Shown piece by piece: positions 48,856 to 58,462 of a stretch of DNA of 64,000 nucleotides. Location of the stretch: the NCBI GenBank assembly GCA_039588215.1, contig JBDHAD010000039.1, positions 4,320 to 68,319 of the forward strand, written 5' to 3'. Position 1 is the first letter of the stretch, and each line of letters opens with the position of its first letter. Below the pieces are notes generated by a model. That model saw nothing but the letters and a program-made list of their open reading frames with translations. It had not been told where the DNA came from and searched no databases. Made by a program: the position numbers and the translations under genes. The DNA is from Gemmatimonadota bacterium (GTDB lineage: Bacteria; Gemmatimonadota; Gemmatimonadetes; Palauibacterales; Palauibacteraceae).

Positions 48856-49430
48856 CCGATTCGCAGGAAGCCGACCCGAGTACCGCCGGCGCCGGAATCC
48901 CCGCAGGCCCGGTCCCTTCGAGATGGCCGGACGTGATCGGGGCCATCGGTATCGTGCTGAGCGCCATCATCTTCATCGACAAGCTGGACGATCTGCTCAC
49001 CCTGACCTGGACGCAGGAGCAGTGGAGGGGGCTCGTCGGGGCGGATCTCGCCAACCTCATCGTCGACTCCCTGCCACCCTTGGCCGTGCGCCTGGTCACC
49101 AGCCTGGCGCACATGGCGCTCGCCGTGCTCCTGCTCGCCGGATGTCTGGCACTCAGGCGCCGCCGCCGCGCCGGGATCGCCCGATGCCGGGTCTGGGCCG
49201 CGCTCGCGATCGTCTGGGTCACGCTCGAGATCGGATGGGCCGCCTGGTGGCTCTCGCAGCGCACGGAGGAGATCACCCGAGCCGCTGGCGTCTCGCCCGC
49301 GGCGTGGCAGGGATACGCCGCGTTCGGGATCGCCGTGGCCCTCGTGCTCCTGCTCGCCTTCCCGGTGTTCCTGTTGATCTGGTTCGCGAGGAGGGACGTA
49401 AAGGCGGAGTACGAAACCTGGCCTGCTTGA
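48852..49430 (+). CDS. Hypothetical membrane protein
   Basis: ATGA overlap, GGAGG RBS, four TMs. Confidence 0.7.
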   Translation: MTDSQEADPSTAGAGIPAGPVPSRWPDVIGAIGIVLSAIIFIDKLDDLLTLTWTQEQWRGLVGADLANLIVDSLPPLAVRLVTSLAHMALAVLLLAGCLALRRRRRAGIARCRVWAALAIVWVTLEIGWAAWWLSQRTEEITRAAGVSPAAWQGYAAFGIAVALVLLLAFPVFLLIWFARRDVKAEYETWPA

Positions 49431-49515
49431 CCCGCGTTCCAGACCCGTACGAGGTCGCCTACTAGCCCACGCCGCCCTAGGATGGGCGGCCGTACTCCAG
49501 GCCCACGGAGGATCA

Positions 49516-50130
49516 ATGCAGCCGTCCATGCGACGTTACATCTGGCACACTCAGCATCTACGCGCGACTTTCCGATCCCGCTGGCTTCTGGCTCTGGTCC
49601 TGGCCGGGGCGCTGGGGGGCCTTCTGGTTCCACGTCGAGCCTACTCGCAGGAGGCCGAATGGCCCGACGCGGACCCTGAGGACGTGGCTTCGGTCGACGC
49701 GATCATCGCCGCCCTGTACGACGTGATCTCCGGACCCGCCGGAGAGGCGCGCCACTGGGATCGCTTCCGGTCTCTCCACGTCCCCGAGGCGAGGCTCATC
49801 CCCACGGGCGCGGACCAGGAGACCGGCCAGGTCGGCTACCAGATGTTCAGTGTCGAGGAGTACATCGAGCGGGCGGGCCAGTTTTTGGAGCAGCGCGGGT
49901 TCTTCGAGAGCGAGATCGGGCGTGTGACGGAGGAGTTCAAAAGCATCACCCACGCCTTCAGCACGTACCAATCTAGCTGGACCCCCGAGGACCCCGAGCC
50001 GTTCCAGCGCGGGATCAACAGCATCCAGCTCTTCCATGACGGCGACCGGTGGTGGATCGTGAACATCTTCTGGCGCGGCGTCCCGGGTGACGAGGCGATC
50101 CCGGACCGGTACCTGGGCCAGAGCGGCTGA
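49516..50130 (+). CDS. Secreted NTF2/SnoaL-like protein
   Basis: LYDVISGPAG, RGINSIQL...RWWI pattern; signal peptide. Confidence 0.7.
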   Translation: MQPSMRRYIWHTQHLRATFRSRWLLALVLAGALGGLLVPRRAYSQEAEWPDADPEDVASVDAIIAALYDVISGPAGEARHWDRFRSLHVPEARLIPTGADQETGQVGYQMFSVEEYIERAGQFLEQRGFFESEIGRVTEEFKSITHAFSTYQSSWTPEDPEPFQRGINSIQLFHDGDRWWIVNIFWRGVPGDEAIPDRYLGQSG

Positions 50131-50250
50131 GCCCCGCCGGAAGCTGTTGCGCGCGATTGAAACTGGTTCGCCCTGTATGGCGTTGATGAAGGTCGGCCAC
50201 TTCGGCCGAAGGAGATGAGGCACGCTGACAGAAACGAGACACGGAGAGCG

Positions 50251-51012
50251 ATGATGCGAATGTTTCGACGATTGGTGGTGCCGGGTGTGGTGCTCGGGGC
50301 GGCTCTCGCCCTCCCGAACCCTGCGGCGGCCCAAATCCCCGAGGAGTTCCACAACCTCCAGGTGCTGCCGGAGGACATCGCGCAGCGCGAGCTGATCGGG
50401 GTGATGCGGGGCTTCGCCCTGGGTCTCGGCGTCCGGTGCACGCACTGTCACGTCGGCGAAGAAGGCCAGCCGTTCTCCGAGTACGACTTCGAGTCAGATG
50501 ACAAGGAGACCAAGCGCAAAGCGCGCTTCATGCTCCAGATGGTCAGTTACCTGAACGACGAGCGGCTGCCCGGACTGACCGAGATCGCCGAGCGCGCCGA
50601 ACCCGCGGTCAAGGTCACGTGCGAGACCTGTCACAACGGCAAACCGCTTCCCCGGTCGATCGGCGAGGTCCTCGTCCAGACGATCGATGCCGATGGGATC
50701 GACGCGGCGGTCGCCAAGTACGGCGAGCTGCGGGAGGAGTTCTACGGCAGCGCGGCCTACGACTTCAGCGAGCTGGCTCTACTCCTGGTCGCAGGCGACC
50801 TGGGCCGGGCGCAGCCCGATGCGGCCAGGGCGCTCGCCGAGCTCAACCTCGAGCACTACCCGGAGTCGGTGAACAGCTGGCTGCTGCTCGGGCAGCTGAA
50901 CATGCAGAGCGGCGACACGGACGCGGTGCGCGCCGCGGTCCAGAAGGCGCTCGAGATCGATCCCGAGAACCCGCAGGCCGCGCGGTTACTCTCTCAGCTT
51001 GAAGGGAACTAA
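50251..51012 (+). CDS. Dihaem c-type cytochrome with C-terminal TPR
   Basis: CTHCH and CETCH; signal peptide; NLQVL and ARFM motifs. Confidence 0.8.
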   Translation: MMRMFRRLVVPGVVLGAALALPNPAAAQIPEEFHNLQVLPEDIAQRELIGVMRGFALGLGVRCTHCHVGEEGQPFSEYDFESDDKETKRKARFMLQMVSYLNDERLPGLTEIAERAEPAVKVTCETCHNGKPLPRSIGEVLVQTIDADGIDAAVAKYGELREEFYGSAAYDFSELALLLVAGDLGRAQPDAARALAELNLEHYPESVNSWLLLGQLNMQSGDTDAVRAAVQKALEIDPENPQAARLLSQLEGN

Positions 51013-51065
51013 CAGCCGGGCACTTTTTTCACACCCGGGCCAAACCGTAGCCTACCCACGCCCCG

Positions 51066-51094
51066 GGGACGCGTCGCGTGCCGCGACGCGTCCC
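51066..51094. terminator. 13-bp perfect hairpin downstream of the cytochrome gene
   Basis: GGGACGCGTCGCG-TGC-CGCGACGCGTCCC; no U tract. Confidence 0.4.
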
Positions 51095-51373
51095 ACCGTG
51101 ACACAGCCGCCGAGCTTCTTCCCGTAGCCAAGAACCGAACGGGACCCCGCTGAGTCCGAGTCGCCCCTAAAGCCCCAGTCGGATCTGACTTCCGACGCTT
51201 CCGAATCACGTGCCGATCGCCCTGAATCCGGTGGCCGATCGGAACTGGGGCCGTGACTCCGCACCAGAACGGGGCCTGAGGTCTCGCTTGGCATACGTGC
51301 TGCTCAACACCCCCCTAAGCTCGCGAGGTAACCGCAGTTTCGTTCGCCGTTTACGGGAGGCTGTTCGGCGCGC

Positions 51374-54064
51374 ATGCACCCCCGACCATCCACCAACGGC
51401 CGCGCGGGCGGACCCGTCACGACCGGCAGGGAGGCGCCGGTCGTGGCGGCTCCGCGACCGCGTGCGGCCGGCAAGTTCCTGTATGCCGGGGACGAGAAGC
51501 TCTTCGTTCGCGGCTTCACCTATGGGACGTTCCGCCGTAATCACGACGGGGAGCCATTCCCGTCACGCGAGGTGGTCGAGCGGGATTTCGCCCACATGGC
51601 CGAGGCCGGGGCGAACGCCGTCCGCACCTACACGCCGCCCCCTCGCTGGATGCTCGACGCGGCCTCTCGTCATGAGCTCCGCATCATGGTCGGGATCCCC
51701 TGGGAGCAACACGTGGCCTTCCTCGACGAGCCGGGCCGCGTCGCCCGAATCCGGGGGCGGGTGCAGCGTGCCGTGCGAGCGTGCGCCGGGCACCCGGCCA
51801 TCCTGTGCTACGCGGTCGGAAACGAGACGCCCGCGCAAATCGTCCGCTGGAGCGGCCGCGAGCGCATCGAGCGCCACATCCGATCGTTGTACGACCTGGC
51901 CAAGACCGAAGACCCGGATGGGCTCGTTACGTACGTAAACTACCCATCCACGGAGTACCTCCACCTCGATTTCCTCGATCTCCTGTGCTTCAACGTCTAC
52001 CTGGAGTCGCCGGAACGGCTGTCGGCCTACCTCGCGCGGCTTCACAACCTCGCGGGCAACCGTCCGCTTCTCATGGGAGAGCTCGGGTTGGACAGCCGCT
52101 CGCACGGTGAGTTCGGGCAGGCCTGTGGGCTGGATGCCCAGATACGAGCGGCGCACAGGGGAGGGTGCGCGGGGACGTTCGTGTTCTCGTGGACGGACGA
52201 GTGGCACACCGGCGGCCACGATGTCGAGACCTGGGGATTCGGGGTGGTCGACGAGCACAGGGAGCCCAAGCCCGCACTCCGCAGCGTGCGGCGCGCATTC
52301 GCGGCGAGATCTCTGAGCGATCGGCCCGCGACCGACGGTTTCGCAACCGATGAGAAGGAACGTCCGCGCGTCTCCGTCGTCATCTGTGCGTACAACGCCG
52401 AGAGTACGCTGCGCGACTGCCTCGAGGGGGTGACGGCGATCCAGTATCCGGACTACGAGGTGATCGTGGTCGACGATGGATCGACCGACTCGACGTCCGA
52501 CATCGCTGCCGAGTTCCCTGTCCAGCTGGTCCAGACGCCGAACCAGGGGTTGAGCAAAGCCCGCAACGCCGGCATCGAGGCGGCTACTGGGGAGATCGTC
52601 GCGTTCACCGATGCCGACGCGCGGCCAGACCCAGACTGGCTGACCTACCTGACCGTGGCGCTCGCGGACCAGACATTCGCGGGCGTGGGCGGACCCAACG
52701 TGGCACCACCGGGGGACGGCTTCGTGGCCGACTGCGTGGCCAACGCCCCCGGCGGACCCATCCACGTGCTGCTGTCCGATCAGGGGGCCGAGCACATCCC
52801 GGGCTGCAACATGGCCTTCCGGAAGAGCGCGCTCGAGGACGTGGGTGGCTTCGACGCGCGCTTCCGTGTGGCCGGTGACGACGTGGACATCTGCTGGCAG
52901 CTCCAGGAGCGCGGACATACGCTCGGCTTCAGCCCCGCCGCCATGGTCTGGCACCACGCGCGGGACTCTGTCGGCACCTACTGGCGGCAGCAGTCCGGGT
53001 ACGGGCGCGCGGAGGCCCTGCTCGAGGAGAAGTGGCCGGAGAAGTACAACTCGGCCGGGCACGTGACCTGGGGTGGCCGCGTGTACGGGGCGCCACGGCT
53101 GTTCGGTCTGGGCCGACGGGGGCGAATCTACCACGGAATCTGGGGGGCGGCCCCGTTCCAGGCGTATCACCCCCCTTCGCCGAGCTTCCTGAGCTCGCTC
53201 GTATCGACCCCGGAGTGGTACCTCGTGGTCCTGGCGCTCGCCGGGCTCAGCGCGCTCGGGGTCGCGTGGCGACCGCTGCTGTGGACGCTGCCGTTGCTGG
53301 CCCTGGCGGCGGGCGCGGTGCTTTTGCAGGCCATCGCAGGTGCAACACGCGCGCGTCCTGAGTCGGCGGGATCGAGCCTACGCGAACGGCTTTTCAAGCC
53401 GCCTCTGACCGTCGCGCTCCATCTCCTGCAACCCGCCGCGCGCCTGCGGGGGCGTCTGCGCTACGGCCTCACGCCATGGCGGCTTCGAACCCAGAAGCGC
53501 TTCGTGTTGCCGGAGCCACAGACCGTCTTCCTGTGGAGCGATCGGTGGACGGCTCCTTCCGAACGACTCGCGCGTCTCGAGTTCGTACTCCGCCGGATGC
53601 GCGCGGCGGTGCTTCGCGGTGGCCCGTTCGACGACTGGGACCTGCTGGTCAAGGGTGGTCCCTCTGGACGCGTCCGGATCCGCACGTGCACCGAGGAGCA
53701 CGGCGCCGGTCAGCAGTTCGTGCGCGTGCGGCTGCTGCCACGCGCATCGCGTCCGGGCGCAGGGTCGCTAGGTCTCCTCGGTACTCTCACCGTGTGGGCG
53801 TTCGCGGAGGGCGCCACGTTGGCCGGGCTGGCACTCGCGCTGGCGTTCGCCCTGTTCGCCGTGCGGGTCGTCCTCGAGTGTGGCGGTGCGATGACCGCTG
53901 TCCTCGAAGCGCTCGACGCGATGCACGACGCCGAGGTCCGGACCAAGGATGGCGCTTCGATCTCCGGGCAGGACGACGCCGGACCAGAGCAGGACGGTTC
54001 CAAACGGAAGCGCGACGAATCCGGCGCCACTCCCGACATCAAGTCCCGGGAGGCGGTCGGTTGA
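51374..54064 (+). CDS. Fusion of clan GH-A (GH2-like) TIM barrel, GT2 glycosyltransferase and TMs
   Basis: GANAVRTY, VGNE, LMGELG; VVICAYN, VDDGSTD, FTDAD, GDDVD. Confidence 0.85.
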   Translation: MHPRPSTNGRAGGPVTTGREAPVVAAPRPRAAGKFLYAGDEKLFVRGFTYGTFRRNHDGEPFPSREVVERDFAHMAEAGANAVRTYTPPPRWMLDAASRHELRIMVGIPWEQHVAFLDEPGRVARIRGRVQRAVRACAGHPAILCYAVGNETPAQIVRWSGRERIERHIRSLYDLAKTEDPDGLVTYVNYPSTEYLHLDFLDLLCFNVYLESPERLSAYLARLHNLAGNRPLLMGELGLDSRSHGEFGQACGLDAQIRAAHRGGCAGTFVFSWTDEWHTGGHDVETWGFGVVDEHREPKPALRSVRRAFAARSLSDRPATDGFATDEKERPRVSVVICAYNAESTLRDCLEGVTAIQYPDYEVIVVDDGSTDSTSDIAAEFPVQLVQTPNQGLSKARNAGIEAATGEIVAFTDADARPDPDWLTYLTVALADQTFAGVGGPNVAPPGDGFVADCVANAPGGPIHVLLSDQGAEHIPGCNMAFRKSALEDVGGFDARFRVAGDDVDICWQLQERGHTLGFSPAAMVWHHARDSVGTYWRQQSGYGRAEALLEEKWPEKYNSAGHVTWGGRVYGAPRLFGLGRRGRIYHGIWGAAPFQAYHPPSPSFLSSLVSTPEWYLVVLALAGLSALGVAWRPLLWTLPLLALAAGAVLLQAIAGATRARPESAGSSLRERLFKPPLTVALHLLQPAARLRGRLRYGLTPWRLRTQKRFVLPEPQTVFLWSDRWTAPSERLARLEFVLRRMRAAVLRGGPFDDWDLLVKGGPSGRVRIRTCTEEHGAGQQFVRVRLLPRASRPGAGSLGLLGTLTVWAFAEGATLAGLALALAFALFAVRVVLECGGAMTAVLEALDAMHDAEVRTKDGASISGQDDAGPEQDGSKRKRDESGATPDIKSREAVG

Positions 54065-55920
54065 AGTACTTCCTCCGTGTTCTCCGGTACGTGAAGCCTT
54101 TCTGGCGTTCGGCTCTGGCCACCGCCGCCCTCACGGTGGGCGTCTCGCTCGTCGCACTGCTCCAGCCCTGGCCGCTCAAGATCCTGTTCGACAGCGTGCT
54201 GGGGAACCATCCACTGCCACGGGTCCTCGAGCCGCTCCTAGCCCCGTTTGCTGATGACCGTCTACTGCTCCTCCTCGTGGTCGTGGCCGGTGGGTTCCTG
54301 ATCACGCTGATCGTGAATGGCCTCAGCGTGTGGAGCAGCTACGCGGAGACGAAGCTCGAGCAGGGGATCATTCTCGACTTCCGCAGTGATCTGTTCGCGC
54401 ACGCACAACGTCTCTCGCTCGCCTACCACGACAATCGACGCTCGGGCAATCTCATCTTCGCCATCAATTACCAAGCGGACTCCGCCGCGGGCCTCCTGAT
54501 GGCGCTCCAGCCTCTCGTACAGAGCGGCCTCACGATCGTCGGGATGTTCTGGATCACCTATGCGATCGACCCGCAGCTTGCGCTGCTCTCGCTCGTCGTC
54601 GTGCCGTTCCTCTACTACTCGGTGTCGTACTACATGCGACACATCGAGAGGCGACTCCGCGATGTGAAGGGGATGGAGGGGGAGTCCCTCTCGATCATCC
54701 ACGAAGCGATTTCGATGCTGCGGGTGATCGTAGCGTTCGGGCGCGAGCGCTACGAGCATACCCGATTTCGCGAGCACGGCGAGAAGACGGTCGACGCGCG
54801 CGTGGGTGTCACCGTGCGCCAGACGCTGTTCTCGCTCGTGGTGAACACGACGACTGCAGCCGGCATCGCCCTCGTGCTCGGGTTCGGCGTCTACCAGATC
54901 CTCCAGGGTAGGATGACGGCGGGCGAGCTCCTCGTCGTCTTCGCCTACGTTACCTCGATCTACCAACCGCTTGAAGCGATCAGCACGACGGTGGGGTCTC
55001 TGCAAGAGCGCTTCATCAGTCTGGAGATCGCGTTCAAGCTACTCGACACCGATCCGGACATCGTCGACAAGCCAGACGCGATGCCGATCGGCCGGGCACG
55101 CGGCGGGCTGCAGTTCGAGAACGTGTCGTTCGGCTATGAGGGGCGGGCGGAGACGCTCCGACAGATCGACTTCATCGCGCGGCCGGGGGAGGTGGTCGGG
55201 ATCGTCGGACCCACCGGAGCTGGCAAGACCACGCTCGTGAGCTTGGTGCCGCGATTCTACGATCCAGACGAGGGGCGGATCCTTCTGGACGGTCGGGACA
55301 TTCGTGACATCCGACTGGCGGCGCTCCGCAAACAGACAAGTATCGTCATGCAAGAGCCGCTTTTATTCTCGGGCACGATCGCGCAGAACATCCGATACGG
55401 CCGACTTGACGCGAGCCACGAGGAGATCGTCGAAGCCGCAAAGGCGGCGAACGCGCACGACTTCGTCATGCGCCTTCCAGAAAAGTACGCCACCGTTCTG
55501 GGCGAGCGCGGAGCGCGTCTTTCGGGCGGCGAGCGCCAACGCATCTCGATCGCGCGAGCGTTCTTGCGTAACGCCCCCATCTTGATTCTCGACGAGCCGA
55601 CCTCGTCGATCGACTCGCGAACCGAAGCGGTGATCCTCGACGCTCTCGAGCGGCTGATGAACGGCCGGACGACGTTCATGATCGCACATCGACTATCCAC
55701 GATCCGGAGTCCCGATTCGATTCTCGTGCTCGACAGTGGACGCGTCGTGGACCGGGGCACGCCCGAAGACCTGATTCGCCGCAGGGGCCTGTACCGCGAG
55801 CTCTGGGAGATGCAGTTGGGACCGGGCACCGGTTCGGCAGCGGGGATCCCGGAACCTGCCCGGCCCACCGGGCCGCAGAGTCCCGTCACGGCAGACGCGG
55901 TGGGGGCTCGAGGACCGTGA
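54061..55920 (+). CDS. ABC exporter, fused permease/ATPase (MsbA-like)
   Basis: TTG start overlapping previous stop; GPTGAGKT, LSGGERQR, ILDEPTS, IAHRLST. Confidence 0.9.
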   Translation: MKYFLRVLRYVKPFWRSALATAALTVGVSLVALLQPWPLKILFDSVLGNHPLPRVLEPLLAPFADDRLLLLLVVVAGGFLITLIVNGLSVWSSYAETKLEQGIILDFRSDLFAHAQRLSLAYHDNRRSGNLIFAINYQADSAAGLLMALQPLVQSGLTIVGMFWITYAIDPQLALLSLVVVPFLYYSVSYYMRHIERRLRDVKGMEGESLSIIHEAISMLRVIVAFGRERYEHTRFREHGEKTVDARVGVTVRQTLFSLVVNTTTAAGIALVLGFGVYQILQGRMTAGELLVVFAYVTSIYQPLEAISTTVGSLQERFISLEIAFKLLDTDPDIVDKPDAMPIGRARGGLQFENVSFGYEGRAETLRQIDFIARPGEVVGIVGPTGAGKTTLVSLVPRFYDPDEGRILLDGRDIRDIRLAALRKQTSIVMQEPLLFSGTIAQNIRYGRLDASHEEIVEAAKAANAHDFVMRLPEKYATVLGERGARLSGGERQRISIARAFLRNAPILILDEPTSSIDSRTEAVILDALERLMNGRTTFMIAHRLSTIRSPDSILVLDSGRVVDRGTPEDLIRRRGLYRELWEMQLGPGTGSAAGIPEPARPTGPQSPVTADAVGARGP

Positions 55921-57101
55921 TGACTCCCGCGCGGCCCCGCCTAGTCCTGCTGGGGATGATGACCAAGATGCCGGTCGCCGGGGTGGTGTGGCAGACCGTG
56001 CATTATCTGCTCGGCTTCCAGCGATTGGGGTACGACGTGTACTACGTCGAGGCCCATGCTCGCACGCCGTCGATGCTGATGCACTCGCCCGCGGACGACG
56101 GGTCGGTGAGCGCAGCCGCGTTCATCGCCGCCGTCATGCAGCGCTTCGGGCTCCGTGAGCGCTGGGCCTATCAAGCGCTCCACGACAATGGCGCTTGCTT
56201 CGGGATGACCCAGAGCGCGCTACGGCGGCTGTTCGATTCCGCCGAGCTCGTGATCAACCTGCACGGAGGCACGCTGCCAAGGCCCGAGCACTGCGCGACA
56301 GATCGTCTCGTCTACATTGGCACCGACCCCGTCCAGCTCGAGGTGGAACTCGCCGAAGATCGCTCCGAGGCGGTCGAATTCCTCGAGCCCCACTGCGCCT
56401 TCTTCACCTTCGCGGAGAACTACGGCCAACCCGACTGCCGCCTGCCACGTGACGACCGCTTCGATTTCGTGCCAACCCGGCAGCCGGTCATCCTCGATCT
56501 GTGGCCGGAGACGGAATCCACGCGGGAGGCCTTCACCACGATCGCGAACTGGGAGCAGCCCTGGCGCGAGGTTCGTTGGAAGGGCGAGATCTACCACTGG
56601 AGCAAACACCTCGAGTTCCTCAAGCTCGTGGACTTACCGTCGCGGACGTCGCAGCCCCTGGAGCTCGCGCTCGCCAACTGCGCGCCAAAGCATCAAGAGC
56701 TCCTGCGGCGGCGCGGTTGGCGAGTGCGCGATTCGCTCGCCTTCTCAACCGATCCCGACGCGTACCGCGACTACGTCGCGACCTCTCGGGCGGAGTTCAC
56801 CGTGGCCAAGGACCAAAACGTCCGCTTCCGGAGCGGGTGGTTCAGCGACCGGGCGGCCACCTATCTCGCGTCGGGCCGTCCGGTCGTGACCCAGGACACC
56901 GGGTTCGGCGGTGCGCTCCCGACGGGAGAGGGCCTCTTCGCATTCTCAGACGTAGAAGGGGCACTCAGCGCGATCGACGCCGTGAACTCGGATTACGAGC
57001 GACACTCGCGCGCGGCCCGCGAGATCACCCGCGATCACTTCGATGCTCGCCTTGTTCTCGCGCGACTCCTCGAGCACCTGGGGGCTCCATGCGCGTCTTG
57101 A
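55917..57101 (+). CDS. Uncharacterised GT-B-like protein
   Basis: WQTVHYLLG, EFTVAK, SGWFSDR, YLASGRPVVTQDTGF. Confidence 0.65.
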   Translation: MMTPARPRLVLLGMMTKMPVAGVVWQTVHYLLGFQRLGYDVYYVEAHARTPSMLMHSPADDGSVSAAAFIAAVMQRFGLRERWAYQALHDNGACFGMTQSALRRLFDSAELVINLHGGTLPRPEHCATDRLVYIGTDPVQLEVELAEDRSEAVEFLEPHCAFFTFAENYGQPDCRLPRDDRFDFVPTRQPVILDLWPETESTREAFTTIANWEQPWREVRWKGEIYHWSKHLEFLKLVDLPSRTSQPLELALANCAPKHQELLRRRGWRVRDSLAFSTDPDAYRDYVATSRAEFTVAKDQNVRFRSGWFSDRAATYLASGRPVVTQDTGFGGALPTGEGLFAFSDVEGALSAIDAVNSDYERHSRAAREITRDHFDARLVLARLLEHLGAPCAS

Positions 57102-58462
57102 TGGTGAGTCACCGATTCCCACCTGATGCCGTCGCGGGCGTGGAGCGGTATACGGAAGCGCTGGCGGCGGAGCTTCGACGTCGAGGCGACCAGGTCGCCG
57201 TGCTTACGCGCCGCCCGGGCCCGGGCCCCATTCGCACTGAAGTAGAGCGGCACGGCGACGGGACGCGGGTCTTCCGGTTGGCCGGTGGTGGCGTGGATCG
57301 GGAGCGGTTCCTGCGGCACACGGCGCCTGTCGAGCGAGCCTTTCAGCAGGTTCTCGCCGACGAGCAGCCCGACGTCGTGCACCTGAACCATCTGGTCGAC
57401 CTCTCGCCCCGCTTCCCGATGCTCGCCCGGGAGGCAGGCGCGGCCGTCGTTCTTACGCTGCATGACTTTTGGTTCGCGTGTCCGCGCATCACGCGGCAGC
57501 GGCCCGATGGCTCGCTTTGCGATGGTCCCGATGGTGGCCGTGCCTGCGCCTCCCACTGCTTCCGCGGGGGAAGCGATGCGGTGCACCGCTGGGGGCTTCG
57601 GGCGCTCTACTTCCGCCGTCTGCTGGCTACCGCCGATCGCGTGTTGTGCCCATCCGAGTACGTGGCAGAATGGTTCAGAGGCTGGGGATCGGATCCGAGT
57701 CGAACCCTGGCGGTACCGAACGGCATCTGGCTCGAGGGAGAGAATGCGGAGGGGCCGCGGGCAGTGTTCCTCGAACGCCGCCGCGCGGAACGGCAAAGGG
57801 GGGAGGGGCCACGTCTGGTCCTTGCGATCCTCGGCGCCGTGGTCTCGCACAAGGGGCATCACGTCGTGCTGGAGGCCGTACGGAAAGCGGGCGTAACCGA
57901 CATCGAGCTGCGGGTTCACGGACCGATCGGCGATGCGGAGTATGCCCGGAGGCTGCGTGAAGAGGCGGCCGACATCCCGGGTCTCCGGCTGCGGCTGTTC
58001 GGAGCGTACGAGCCCGCAGAGCTCCCCCTCCTGCTGGACGGGATCGATTGCGTAATCGTCCCCTCCACCTGGCCGGAGACGTTCTGTCTCGTGGCCCGCG
58101 AGGCGCTGGCACTCGGTCTCCCCGTGCTCGCAACGCGACTCGGCGCGCTGCCCGATGCGGTGACCGAGGGTGTGGATGGCTTCCTGTTTCATCACGATCG
58201 GCCGGAGACATTGGCAGCGCTCCTCCGAAGGCTCGTCGAGGAGGAAGGGCTCCTGGAGCGGCTGCGCCAAGGGGCGAGGCAAGCGCGGCCCACGACGATG
58301 GTCGAACACGCGAGCCGGGTGCGCGATGCGTACTCGCACGCCCTCGAGAGATCCGACGGCGCCTCAGGCACAAGCGAGGCGGAATGGGCCGAACTCGAGG
58401 TCTTGTCCGAGCTCCTTGAAATGTACGGCTTTGGCGGGGCGACCGTGGAGGTCGTCGCGTGA
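57089..58462 (+). CDS. GT4 glycosyltransferase
   Basis: HRFPP..GVE, TLHDFW, PSTWPETFCLVAREALALGLPV. Confidence 0.85.
   Translation: MRVLMVSHRFPPDAVAGVERYTEALAAELRRRGDQVAVLTRRPGPGPIRTEVERHGDGTRVFRLAGGGVDRERFLRHTAPVERAFQQVLADEQPDVVHLNHLVDLSPRFPMLAREAGAAVVLTLHDFWFACPRITRQRPDGSLCDGPDGGRACASHCFRGGSDAVHRWGLRALYFRRLLATADRVLCPSEYVAEWFRGWGSDPSRTLAVPNGIWLEGENAEGPRAVFLERRRAERQRGEGPRLVLAILGAVVSHKGHHVVLEAVRKAGVTDIELRVHGPIGDAEYARRLREEAADIPGLRLRLFGAYEPAELPLLLDGIDCVIVPSTWPETFCLVAREALALGLPVLATRLGALPDAVTEGVDGFLFHHDRPETLAALLRRLVEEEGLLERLRQGARQARPTTMVEHASRVRDAYSHALERSDGASGTSEAEWAELEVLSELLEMYGFGGATVEVVA

Noticed and set aside
50251-51012. Cytochrome as evidence of photosynthesis
   Set aside because: Only two haem motifs plus TPR; no puf/bch genes in the window.
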